Positions 11,513 through 22,907 of a DNA stretch of 64,000 nucleotides are shown piece by piece. The notes beneath the pieces are model-generated. The model was not told where the DNA came from and did not search any database. It saw nothing but the letters and a program-made list of their open reading frames with translations. The translations under genes and the position numbers were made by a program. This DNA is from Laetmonice hystrix (Eukaryota): NCBI GenBank assembly GCA_965235115.1, contig OZ249436.1, forward strand, positions 186,001-250,000. The letters run 5' to 3'. The stretch's first letter is position 1. Each line of letters begins with the position of its first letter.

Positions 11513-13775
11513 TGGGTAAGGGACACATCTGTAATTTGTAATACATGTTCCAGTGCTTCCATAGGGCCCCATAGTTAACGTCACACCGCCCCGTAACGTG
11601 TACAATCAAATCGGTCCATATGGAGCATAGAGTTCCGGGTACCCCAACTTTCAGCAGCTGTCACGGGTTCTCCTAGGGGAGTTGGGTTTAAACTTTTTGA
11701 CATATGTTAGTAGACACCTATATCAACACATTGGTGAAGAAATTTCTTGGTAAGGAATTTGTTCCCAGATTTTTGCAATATTCCCTGACTACTAGTGACT
11801 GCTGCGAATTGACTGCAGTTTTAAGTGTATAGCTCTAGACTTCTACTGGTGAAGCCAGATATTTTAATGAGGCATAACCACAGATCATAGGGGAAGGAAG
11901 GTTTGAATTATTTGCTAAATGATTTTGACATCAGATTGTTCAAATGCCCCTTCGACACATAGTGCCGTTTTTTTTGGATATGAGCGCCATGCCCAACTCC
12001 ATGGAGAGCATGTTAAAGTTTCAGGGTCGAGTGATAATCGAAAGTGTTCAAAGCTCAATGGAAACATAGGCCTATATCTCCGTTGGCTTCCACTCCGATT
12101 CCACGGCATTAGGCTGCGGACGGGCGGTTAGGGTAACTCGGAAACCTAACATAACTCATGTTTTGCTTATCGCTCGGACCTGAAATTTTAACATGGTGTC
12201 CCTGGGGTTCAGTGGTAAGTATTTGGGGAATTTTTGGTGCAACTTTAAAGGTTTAAGGTTGTGAGTTTGTAGTGAGAATATCTGGTTCGATTATGGGCGT
12301 AATGGAATAATGATGGACTCACTGTAGGCCTAGGACTAATTAGGTCAATAGGACTAATTGACCAATCGGTCTAACATATTGCTAGGTCCTAAGCTAAGAC
12401 AAATAAGTACGGATTCTTATACAACCATGGAAATAAAAGGATATAACCAATACATTCTCGTCAATGTTTCATTTAAACCATATTTAAAGCATCGCCCCTG
12501 TTGATGTTTCATCTAATAGGGTGTTTCGGCCATTTCCAAAAAGGAAAGATACTGTTTTTTTATTGTTATCACTGCATAGAACACACAATTCTAAGACCTA
12601 CAGATTTTAAATGAAGTCTCTAGCACCATTATTAACAAAGTTATGACTATTTTAGTGGGTCAAAAAAGGGGTCCTCGAGGGGATCGCTGGGCCTATTCAA
12701 AGTAGTGGAAGCCATGGCACCAGAAATCCCACTTTTACAGAAATCTAGAAACTGTATTTTTAACAGAATATATGATATCTGAAAAAGTTTTGGTCTAATT
12801 TTAATTTGGTTTTTAATAATAAGTAGGTCAACCCCTCGCCTTTCATAATTTCGTCGAATCCAAGATGGCGGCCAAGATGGCGGCCAAGATGGCGGCCGTG
12901 TCACGAGTCAAAACAGATACCAAATAAAATTTCATGTTTTTTTTGCACAGCAGTCTGCTGAATCTTAAACTAAATGTACTCTATTTATTGTTTAATTGTT
13001 CCAAGACAGTTATTTAATGAATATAGACGTTATTTAAATTCAAAATGACGGCAAAAATGGCCCCTAAAATCTAAGGTGGATGAAAAAAAGCATGGAAGCA
13101 TGTAATCACAAGTAACAGAAAGTTCACAAAATCACAACTGATCAGGGAGGGGCAGATCCAGGTTTGTGCCGAGGGGGTGGGTGTTGTGGGGTGCCAAGAG
13201 GGGGGTTGTAGGTGCCTTTCAATCAGAAAGAAAAATCACTGCCTAAGCTAAGGGAAGGGGGGAGTTGCAATCCCAGAACCCCCCCCCCCCCCCCCTGGAT
13301 CCGCCAATCCAATGCTGGTCATTTCTAACTTTCATAACACATCTATGTTTCTTGCAAACTTGACTTCGGTTTACGGTTAATTAAGATGACTTTGAGTCAA
13401 GACAGAAGTGGCCATAAAGTAAAATACAAAGACACATTGTACCATTACCAGGACCAGCCAAACGCACACCGCCCCAGCCACCCCCCACTGCACTGGCTCA
13501 CTCGGCGGCCGAGCCGCCGTCAGTCACCGCCGTGTCGCCGTGCGTGTGACGGTGTGCTACCGCTGCGCTGTTGCCTGTTCAACAGGCTGTTGTCAGTTGG
13601 CGTACTCTCATCCTCAACAACTTTACAGTAAGGGTATACTAGAGCTGACCTCGTCTGCACTTGTTAAATCCATCTTTAAAAGCCCCAGTATGCTTCAGTC
13701 TATTGATAAGTAACTGCCAAAGACCCGGGCGCTGGCGGGTACAGCACTGCGGGAGCAACTGCCATCACAGGCCTA

Positions 13776-16700
13776 CGGTGGCCGGTTAGTGCCAACGACG
13801 ATTACAAAAGAGGAAACACGTTTACAAATTAAAAACGACGAATGCAAAAGAGAAAACACGTTTACAAATTAAAAACGACGAATGCAAAAGAGAAAACACA
13901 AACGCAAAAGTTAGAACGGCGATTACAAAACAGAAACCACGACCACAAATTCAAAAACGCAAAAACAAAAGAGAAAACACAAACGCAAACGCCAAAACGG
14001 CAATTACAAAACAAAAACCGCGAAAACAAATTCAAACACGCAAATGCAAGATAGAGATCACAAACGCGAACAACAAGTTGGCGTGTAGCACGCTCACAAG
14101 AATGGTATCCATGTTCGGGGCCCAGGGACGACCAGGGCGAGTCTAAGTGGACAGGGGTGTTTGCACTCTGACTAGTTCTGGCGATACTGAGACGCTGCGG
14201 TAGGAGATTGGCATAAGGGAGCCAAAGTCTCGGACATGCGCAACTCGTTCCAATTCCTACTAGGGCGGAAACTGTCCACGGGTGTGACTAATTACCGAAA
14301 TCTACCGGAATATACCGAAATCTACCGGAATCTACCGAAATCCAGAAACCCCATGACTAATTACCGAAATTGACCCCCAAAATTACCGAAATCGACCTCT
14401 AGTTGTGTTTGAGAGCCCACAAACTTACCGAAATTGACCTCTAGAACTTTGTGTTTGGGAGCCCCCAAACTTACCGAAATCGACCTCTAATAGTATTGGG
14501 AAGCCCCGAGACTTACCAAAATCGACCTCTGTAATTGGGTTTAGGAGCCCCTAAAATTACCGAAATCGACCTCTATAGTTGTGTTTGGGAGCCTCAAACT
14601 TACCGAAATGGACCTCTAGTTGTGTTTGAGAGCCCCCAAACTTACCGAAATCGACCTCTAGTTGTGTTTGGGAGCCCCCAAACTTACTGAAATCGACCTC
14701 TAATTGGGTTTATAGGAGCCCCCCAAATTACCGAAATCGACCTCTAGTGTTGTTTGGGAGCCCCCAAACTTACCGAAATCGACCTCTAGTTGTGTTTGGG
14801 AGCCCCCAGATTTCGGTAAGTTTGGGGGCTCCCAAACCCAATTAGAGGTCGATTTCGGTAAGTTTGGGGGCTCCAAAACCCAATTAGAGTGGGTCGATTT
14901 CCGTAAGTTTGGGGACTCCCAAACACAACTAGAGGTCGATTTCGGAAGTTTGGGGGCTCCCAAACACAACTAGAGGTCCATTTCGGTAAGTTTGGGGGTC
15001 GACTTCGGTAATTAGTCATGGGGTTTCTGAATTCCGGTAGATTCCGGTAGATTCCGGTAGATTTCGGTAACTAGTCACGCCGGTGCGGGGGTCGGTGCCC
15101 CCGGCTGGTGCCCCCGCCCCGCCCCGGCAACGCCCCCGCCCCCCCCCCCCCCCCCGACAAATTAAATAATGACCCCCCTAAATCCGCGCCTGGCCCGTTG
15201 GATCCGCCACTGCATTGACGGAGGAGCCACGCCAAAGCCCAAACACGCTAAAAGGGTTGCCTTTGGAACGAGTTTGAGAATGTGCCTCCCAACTCGAAGT
15301 CGAAGTTTACGTCGAAGTCGAAGTCGAAGTTATGGTCGGTGTCTCAGTAAATGTATGTACGTCGAGCTGGAAGTCGAAGAATTTCCCTTCAGGTATTCCA
15401 TAGCAGGCCTCGGTAGATGTCACCTCAGCTCACCCCTGTCCCACATTTACACTTAGACTCGTCCTGGTCGACTCTCGGCCCGGAACATGGATATCCTTTT
15501 TGTAAACGTGCTTCACGCCAAGTTGTTGTTTGTGGTGTGAGAGGGATTTGTATTCATCGTTTTTGCTTTTGTATTTGTCGTTTTGAATTTGTATTCTTCG
15601 TTTTGAATTTGTATTTGTCGTTTTTGCTTTTGTATTTGTCGTTTTGCTTTTGTATTCGTGGTTTTGAATTTGTATTTGTCGTTTTGCTTTTGTATTTGTC
15701 GTTTTGCTTTTGTATTCGTCGTTTTGAATATGTATTCTACGGTGGCCGATTAGTGCCAACGACGAATACAAATTCAAAACGACGAATACAAAAGCAAAAC
15801 GACAAATACAAAAGCAAAACGACAAATACAAATTCAAAACGACGAATACAAAAGCAAAACGACAAATACAAAAGCAAAAACGACAAATACAAATTCAAAA
15901 CGAAGAATACAAATTCAAAACGACAAATACAAAAGCAAAAACGATGAATACAAATCCCTGTCACACCACAAACAACAACTTGGCGTGAAGCACGTTTACA
16001 AAAAGGATATCCATGTTCCGGGCCGAGAGTCGACCAGGACGAGTCTAAGTGTAAATGTGGGACAGGGGTGAGCTGAGGTGACATCTACCGAGGCCTAGCT
16101 GCTATGGAATACCTGAAGGGAAATTCTTCGACTTCCAGCTCGACGTACATACATTTACTGAGACACCGACCATAACTTCGACTTCGACTTCGACGTAAAC
16201 TTCGACTTCGAGTTGGGAGGCACATTCTCAAACTCGTTCCAAAGGCAACCTTTTTATTTAGCGTGTTTGGGCTTTGGCGTGGCTCCTCCGTCCATGCAGT
16301 GGCGGATCCAACGGGCCAGGCGCGGATTTAGGGGGGGGGGGTCATTGTCGGGGGGGGGGGGCGGGGGCGTTGCCGGGGCCGGGCGGGGGCACCGAACCCC
16401 GCACCGGTGTGACTAATTACCGAAATCTACCGAAATCTACCGGAATCTACCGGAATTCAGAAACCCCATGACTAATTACCGAACTTCCCCCAAACTTCCC
16501 GAAATGGACCTCTAGTTGTGTTTGGGACCCCCCAAACTTTCGAAATCGACCTCTAGTTGTGTTTGGGAGTCCCCAAACTTACGGAAATCGACCCACTCTA
16601 ATTGGGTTTGGGAGCCCCCAAACTTACCGAAATCGACCTCTAATTGGGTTTGGGAGCCCCCAAACTTACCGAAATCTAGGGGCTCCCAAACACATGTGTG

Positions 16701-17557
16701 TTGCAACTATAGAGGTCAATTTCGGTAACTTTGGGGGCTCCCAAACAACACTAGAGGTCGATTTCGGTAATTTGGGGGGCTCCTATAAACCCAATTAGAG
16801 GTCGATTTCAGTAGATCTAAGTTTGGGGGCTCCCAAACACAACTAGAGGTCGATTTCGGTAAGTTTGGGGGCTCCCAAACACAAAGTTCTAGAGGTCAAT
16901 TTCGGTAAGTCTGTGGGCTCTCAAACACAACTAGAGGTCGATTTCGGTAATTTTGGGGGTCGATTTCGGTAATTAGTCATGGGGTTTCTGGATTTCGGTA
17001 TATTCCGGTAGATTTCGGTATATTCCGGTAGATTTCGGTAATTAGTCACACCCGTGGACAGTTTCCGCCCTAGTAGGAATTGGAACGAGTTGCGCATGTC
17101 CGAGACTTTGGCTCCCTTATGCCAATCTCCTACCGCAGCGTCTCAGTATCGCCAGAACTAGTCAGAGTGCAAACACCCCTGTCCACTTAGACTCGCCCTG
17201 GTCGTCCCTGGGCCCCGAACATGGATACCATTCTTGTAAGCGTGCTACACGCCAACTTGTTGTTCGCGTTTGTGATCTCTCTCTTGCATTTGCGTGTTTG
17301 AATTTGTTTTCGCGGTTTTTGTTTTGTAATTGCCGTTTTGGCGTTTGCGTTTGTGTTTTCTCTTTTGTTTTTGCGTTTTTGAATTTGTGGTCGTGGTTTC
17401 TGTTTTGTAATCGCCGTTCTAACTTTTGCGTTTGTGTTTTCTCTTTTGCATTCGTCGTTTTTAATTTGTAAACGTGTTTTCTCTTTTGCATTCGTCGTTT
17501 TTAATTTGTAAACGTGTTTCCTCTTTTGTAATCGTCGTTGGCACTAACCGGCCACCA
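13776..17557. mobile_element. 3.8-kb giant palindrome made of two inverted copies of a foldback-type non-autonomous DNA element, flanked by TA
   Basis: TA|CGGTGGCCGGTTAGTGCCAACGACG ... CGTCGTTGGCACTAACCGGCCACCA|TA. The arms are reverse complements almost to the centre (~15737), where a third terminus TACGGTGGCCGATTAGTGCC sits. Confidence 0.9.
14278..15085. mobile_element. Internal foldback module of ~42-bp inverted tandem repeats (mirror copy ~16402-17056)
   Basis: Termini CACGGGTGTGACTAATTACCGAAAT / ATTTCGGTAACTAGTCACGCCGGTG. The unit ACCGAAATCGACCTCTAGTTGTGTTTGGGAGCCCCCAAACTT switches orientation at ~14810. Confidence 0.8.
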
Positions 17558-19125
17558 TAATATTTTCCCATTGGTCCGACAGACCATGGCATTGGTCTGA
17601 CAGCCAAAGTAACCGGCCCAGGGGCGGGTCATTGCCGGCGCAGGGCAGGGGCACCTGGCGCGCACTGAAGGCGAACACGTCAGTGGTCGCGCGTTAAGTG
17701 TAAGTCGAAGTACAACTCGAAGTCGAACTCGAAGTCAAGTCGAATCTCCCTTCAGGGTTTCCGTAGTACGCACATTGTCCAGCCACGATGGCGAAATGTG
17801 GCGGAATCCCCTTGTTTTGGTCACGTGACGAAACTCCCTACATCTAAACCATATTTTTGAGAATCCTTGTGATGTAAATGTCAGTGTTGCATAGATTCTT
17901 CTAGGCCTAATAGGCTAAGCCATGTGTTAATGCACATTGTGTATTGTGGTCCCCTGGTCGTTGTGTGGGGGTCACAGATGTCAGTCAGGGGCCGCTGAGG
18001 GTCTGGATGGTCGAGACTGGAGAGTATCACGTTAGAGCAGAGGAGGGTTGCAGCGCTAGTGCTGCCACCTATATCCAAACCATATATGCGCGCGCGCTCA
18101 GCATGGCCGCGCCAGTTTCTGATATGGCAGCGAGGGAGACAGATCGGGCAGCGAGTATTAAAACCTTGCTCTGAAGCATAAACCTAGGCCTATGCCGTTT
18201 GGCGTAGGCCCTGCCACTAGAGCTGACTGGCTTCAGTTTAGGTGTGGGCGTAATCTAGCTTCCGTCGTACCCTATCACATGAATTCACATTCCGCTCAGC
18301 TACCTACCCGGATTGGAGCCATCACTGCCCGGGACTTGGAGTTGGACGCAGCAAGTCCCGTCAGCTGGCAGTTGGCCTGTCGGTGTCCTGCCGCGCACCG
18401 CAGTTTTTTAATTTCGACACAGAAAAAGGAACATGTTATATATATTTAAGCCCATCAGACTTAGGGACAACAGTGTTGAGGTTGGGTTTTATAAAATACC
18501 ATTTAAATAAGTACACAATCGTTTAAAAGTAAAAAGTACGATTGCGCGCTTCACGACAAGTCACGGGCAGAGAGACCGGCTGCCCTACTTCACTCTCGCG
18601 GCTGTCGGCCCGTGCAAGCGCCGGTCAGTGACAGCTCGAAGCCAGAAAGGTGCCTGAGCGGTATGTACAGTACAGGCGGAAAAAAACATAAAATCTTCGA
18701 GCTCTATTGAGCTCTATCAGGTTTTTAAAAAGTATGGGTATATATGTCTATGTCTGGGGCCCAACAAATCTGTAGAGCTTGATTTAGTAATAGTGTAGCA
18801 CTAGGTCAAAGTTAGGCTTTTTATTGCAACAAAAGCGGCCATTACGAGTGTCGACCCGATGCCCTTCAACCCAACTTATTATTAAAAAAACTATCGATAA
18901 ATTCTATAAAACAACAACTGGGTGTGAGAATAGACCCAGAAGAATCTAACCGCTACTTTCTTTTTGTTTGATACGTCATCGTTTGATAAATACAGCTGAT
19001 ATTTTGGGCGGCCTCTGAACGGCACTGTCCAAAAACTGCGCCTTTGTTTTGGTTCTGTATTATCGCTCAGTGTAGGGGGCAGCACTGGCGCTGCAACCCA
19101 GAGGGTCGCTACCATCATAGAAAAA

Positions 19126-19136
19126 TTGGCGCGAAA
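19126..19136 (-). promoter_or_regulatory. Consensus E2F site 27 bp upstream of the LIG1 start codon
   Basis: TTGGCGCGAAA is TTTCGCGCCAA on the minus strand. E2F sites are typical of S-phase replication genes. Confidence 0.65.
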
Positions 19137-19162
19137 CACGAGGTGGTCTGTTTACACCAGCA

Positions 19163-19182
19163 ATGGCCCAGCGGTCAATTAT
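19163..19182 (+). CDS. LIG1: DNA ligase 1, first coding exon
   Basis: ATG GCC CAG CGG TCA ATT AT|GTGAG. Joins the next exon to give MAQRSIMSFFSPK, the LIG1 N-terminal PIP box (QxxIxxFF). Confidence 0.85.
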
Positions 19183-19270
19183 GTGAGCATTACTTTAATA
19201 ACCATACATTATAAAATACCAATTTTTTAAAGAAAACATCAAAGATGATGAAGATATTTTTCTTTTATAG

Positions 19271-19330
19271 GTCCTTCTTCTCCCCAAAGATGAAGGAGAA
19301 GAATGGGGATGCGTCCAAGGAGTGCGAAAG
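19271..19330 (+). CDS. LIG1: DNA ligase 1, coding exon 2
   Basis: TTTTATAG acceptor, phase 2-2: SFFSPKMKEKNGDASKECE, GT donor. Confidence 0.85.
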
Positions 19331-19467
19331 GTGCGTTTATTATATATTATCGCCCAGTCCTACTGTGTACGTTACAACTACAACTTAGTACAAGGGTCTG
19401 TGTACAAGTACCAAAGATACTAGGACTACTACTAACATTCAAAACCGCTGACAAAGACGACTGAGCA

Positions 19468-19766
19468 GGGCCCGTTTTTTTTGTTTACTTTTCCACCGTG
19501 AGCAAGGTTGAGCTGAGCTGAGCAAGGGTGAGCATGAGCTCATTCTCATAGTTTTCATGTCTTTTGCCAGTTTTGGGTTGCTTTTTTTCATGAGGCGTGC
19601 TCAAAGAACCTCGATATCGAGGTTCTTTGGCGTGCTCATGGTGAGCAAGCTCGCGGAGAAAACACCCCAAAAACGAAAACAGTAAGCAAAACGGTGAGCA
19701 TGAGCTTCTGCTCACCGTGTTGCTCGCCGGTGAGCATGAGTTACTGGCACATGAAAAAATGGGCCG
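19468..19766. mobile_element. Probable MITE rich in GTGAGCA/TGCTCAC motifs
   Basis: Imperfect termini GGCCCGTTTTTT ... AAAAAATGGGCC with internal inverted motifs. Confidence 0.45.
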
Positions 19767-20997
19767 GGCCAGTGATTTAGTGCTTAAAGTTAAACGACTA
19801 TACGTACAGACAATGTTGACAAATTTCATATATTTCCCCCAAACGCTTTCAACATTAAGCAGAAACGCTATCATAGGTAAACCTGCCTTTGAGCTGAGAA
19901 ATGAACAATAATCTGGACATATTCACATGAATTCGTTAGCCGTGCACCGTTAATCCGTTCTTGTGCATTAATACGCCATTTGAACTGGGAATGGACAGGG
20001 GACGCGCACCTGCTTGTTGACAGATTCACACGGTGCCCTCCCGCCTGCCTTGCCTCTGTGATCGACATGCACTCGACTCAGTCAACCGCCCGCCCTGCCG
20101 CCCGTGGTGGTAAAAGCCGTCAACTTGACTAGGACAGTCTACTGAGTTAGAGGAGTGTACCAACAACCCTCGATTAACTACATGTATTGTAATCGCTAAG
20201 TTCCCAACAAAATGAGAGCCACCTCGTAGGTATAGGCTTAACGTGTCCCTTGCCGGGCGCCTCTCCAGCGAAGCGGCGAGGGCCGGACATGAAGGCATGA
20301 CCGGGGGTAGGGGCCTACAGGTAGACTTTCTGCGGTATGCGCACAAGTCGCGAGGCAAAAGAGTCCTAAGTTGCTACTCAAAAGTCTCCGTTATTATGAG
20401 TCATTCGCTGGGTATCTGGATCCTGAAATTGTACGGTTTGGGTGTACACTATTATTATTGTCGTAGTAGTTAAGGTCGGGTTTATCTCCCTCATTTTTCA
20501 AGATATCTGGATGAAACTTTCAGGCCAGGTACATCATGTCGAGGAGACCTCGACATATGATGGAATATGTCATGTGACGTCATGACGTCATTTTATGACG
20601 TCATATAGTCTGCAACTTTGATATCACCTGGTACACTTCTAGTCAGAGATAGACAAAAATTCTTCATGGCATCTTACTTAGAGCTAGTATCTTTATAATT
20701 TGCCACATACATTTGACCTTTGATCTTTGACCTTTCTGACATACAGGTCACAACATAGAAAACAAAATGTATCTCCCCCTTCATTTCTTGAAGAATCTTC
20801 TCCAGATTTGGTAGATATATATATACCTTCACCATAGGGGGGCTGATCACCTGATGGCAGCCTTTTTGTAATCTGACGTCATATGGCTGAGTCACGTGAC
20901 TTTGAAATTTGTCTATTTTGCATGGAATGAGGAAGTTCGTGGAATTTCTGTGATATCTATTGGTAATGGCATAATTCTCTTCCACTAGGCGTCCTTA

Positions 20998-21437
20998 AGG
21001 CTGAGTTCACATAGGAGTATACGGCACGGGTATACGGTGCACGTTTTGCAGGGTACGCGAATAGCTTAAATCGTACAATAGGATCTTATAATACCGGGTC
21101 ACATCAGAGGGCACTATTCGAAAAGGCGTATAGTATAGTATAGTGGGAATCGTGCGTGTTCGATTTTAGTGCAGCGTATACCTTGGGGTGCCTGTGTTTA
21201 AAAGTTCAGCATTAACACAGTTCTTGATATTTTTTAACTACATTTTCAGATCTAAGGGCCGATATATATGGGTAAAATTTCAAAGAAATCAGTTCAAGGG
21301 GAAGGGCAGGGGGGCACCTTTCAATTCATGTCGGGAATTAAGACACTGGCGGGCGTGACTCGCCGTGCCCGTATAGCGTATAGCGAATACCGAATAGCAA
21401 ATACCGTATACCGTATACTCCTATGTGAACTCAGCCT
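20998..21437. mobile_element. MITE with 27-bp TIR, flanked by TA (PIF/Harbinger-like termini, family uncertain)
   Basis: TA|AGGCTGAGTTCACATAGGAGTATACGG ... CCGTATACTCCTATGTGAACTCAGCCT|TA. Confidence 0.85.
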
Positions 21438-22907
21438 TATAAGCCTGCTATGACGTAACGATGGTATGACGTAAGACACAGTTATAACCCTATGCTCATT
21501 ATTGGTATGATTGACCTGCTTTCATGCTATACAGAACCTTTCTAGATACATCCATAGAGGAACGGGATACCTGATTGCCTGCAATCTGCATGTCTAGTTT
21601 TATGTTGCCACTGACACTTGTCAGCATGGCCTGTGGGGGTCATTACAAATTTACACAGGGGATGACATCTAGGTGACCCTCTCAAATGCCAAAATAACAA
21701 TATTGCACTTTTTTCATTTTTCACAAAATTTGTATGGAGACCGCCATGGTCTCAGCGTTAGCATTACCTGCCCCCCCCCCCCCCCCCCGACTGCAGACGA
21801 CACAGTGTACACACAGCCCCGGCCGCCAGTCGATGCTCTGATCCCCGCGGAGATGTAGATACCTCCCTGTCTCCCACTGTTATACTGCAGGCCTCCCAGC
21901 AAAACCTATAAAACATATAAAAACCTATTTTTCAAATTGGGAGCCTATAGTTTTTTAAATAACCTATATAACCTATAAAAACCTATATTTTTACTCTGCC
22001 ATAACTTAATAATTTTTTTAAAGGGAATTTAAAAATTAACCTGACCCAAAGTGTAGCCCAAACAACCACATTATCAATATACCTCTCTGAAATATTTTAC
22101 AACTGGTTCAGGATGAAACTGCCCGCCTTGGAATCAGTGTAAAGCAGGGTATTCACCGTTACCCTTACGCAATTAGCTTTCGGCTAACCCCCCCCCCCCC
22201 GTGTTAACAGCACAGCGTTACCATATCGCCCGTCATTTCTTTTTCCCTTTCCCAAATCCCTGTCGGTACTAGGACGGTCACAGTATTTTTTTAAATAATT
22301 GCCCCAAACTACCTCAGAGTATTTAGAAATCATCTATATTTTGGAATAACCCCACCTAAAAGCTATTTTTGAGGTTGTTTTTATTTTTTCCCTAACTATT
22401 TTTACCATTTCTTGTGTGAAAAAAATGTGTTGCATTGGGTTCAGGTGACCCCCAGAGACCCCTTAGCCAAAGTCAAGGATGTTGCCCAGATCTGCTGAAA
22501 ATTTAATCAAAAGGCAGAAGTGCAAAGGTATCTACAAGGAAAAATATGAAAGTAATCAAAATGCTGTAAAATAAATTAAAATTCATTCATGGATAAAATA
22601 ACAGAAATTACGCACTGAAACGGTAAAACCATAACAAGGCAGAGTGCTACAAACTGTATTATCAAGGAGGGACTCATTTGTCTGTCAGACAACTGGGCAA
22701 AGCGATGTCTCTTGACAACTCAAGATACATTAATTTGTGCTTCTTTATTCTGAACACTTTTTGGGAACTTCTTTGACCATTTTCTATGATTCAGGAAACC
22801 GTATGTTTCCCAATCCAAACACCAAACCGTTCAGATAAACGAGGTGTGATCATAATTGCTTGGGGGACAGTGCCAACACTTCTTTTGATTCATATTTCGC
22901 CTTGGGA

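Larger units (their letters stand above)
8412..11792. repeat. ~330-bp inverted duplication (8412-8748 vs 11469-11792)
   Basis: CTGGGAACAAATTCCTTACCAAGAAATTTCTTCACCAATGTGTTGATA... is matched by its reverse complement at 11.7 kb, with scattered substitutions. Confidence 0.9.

Noticed and set aside
14278..15085. Assigning the CAC-terminated module to Transib, Chapaev or CACTA
   Set aside because: No matching target-site duplication and no coding sequence to support a superfamily.
13842..17491. Paired ORFs in the giant palindrome as transposase or genes
   Set aside because: Low-complexity translations mirrored by the inverted repeat; no DDE, zinc-finger or other domain recognised.
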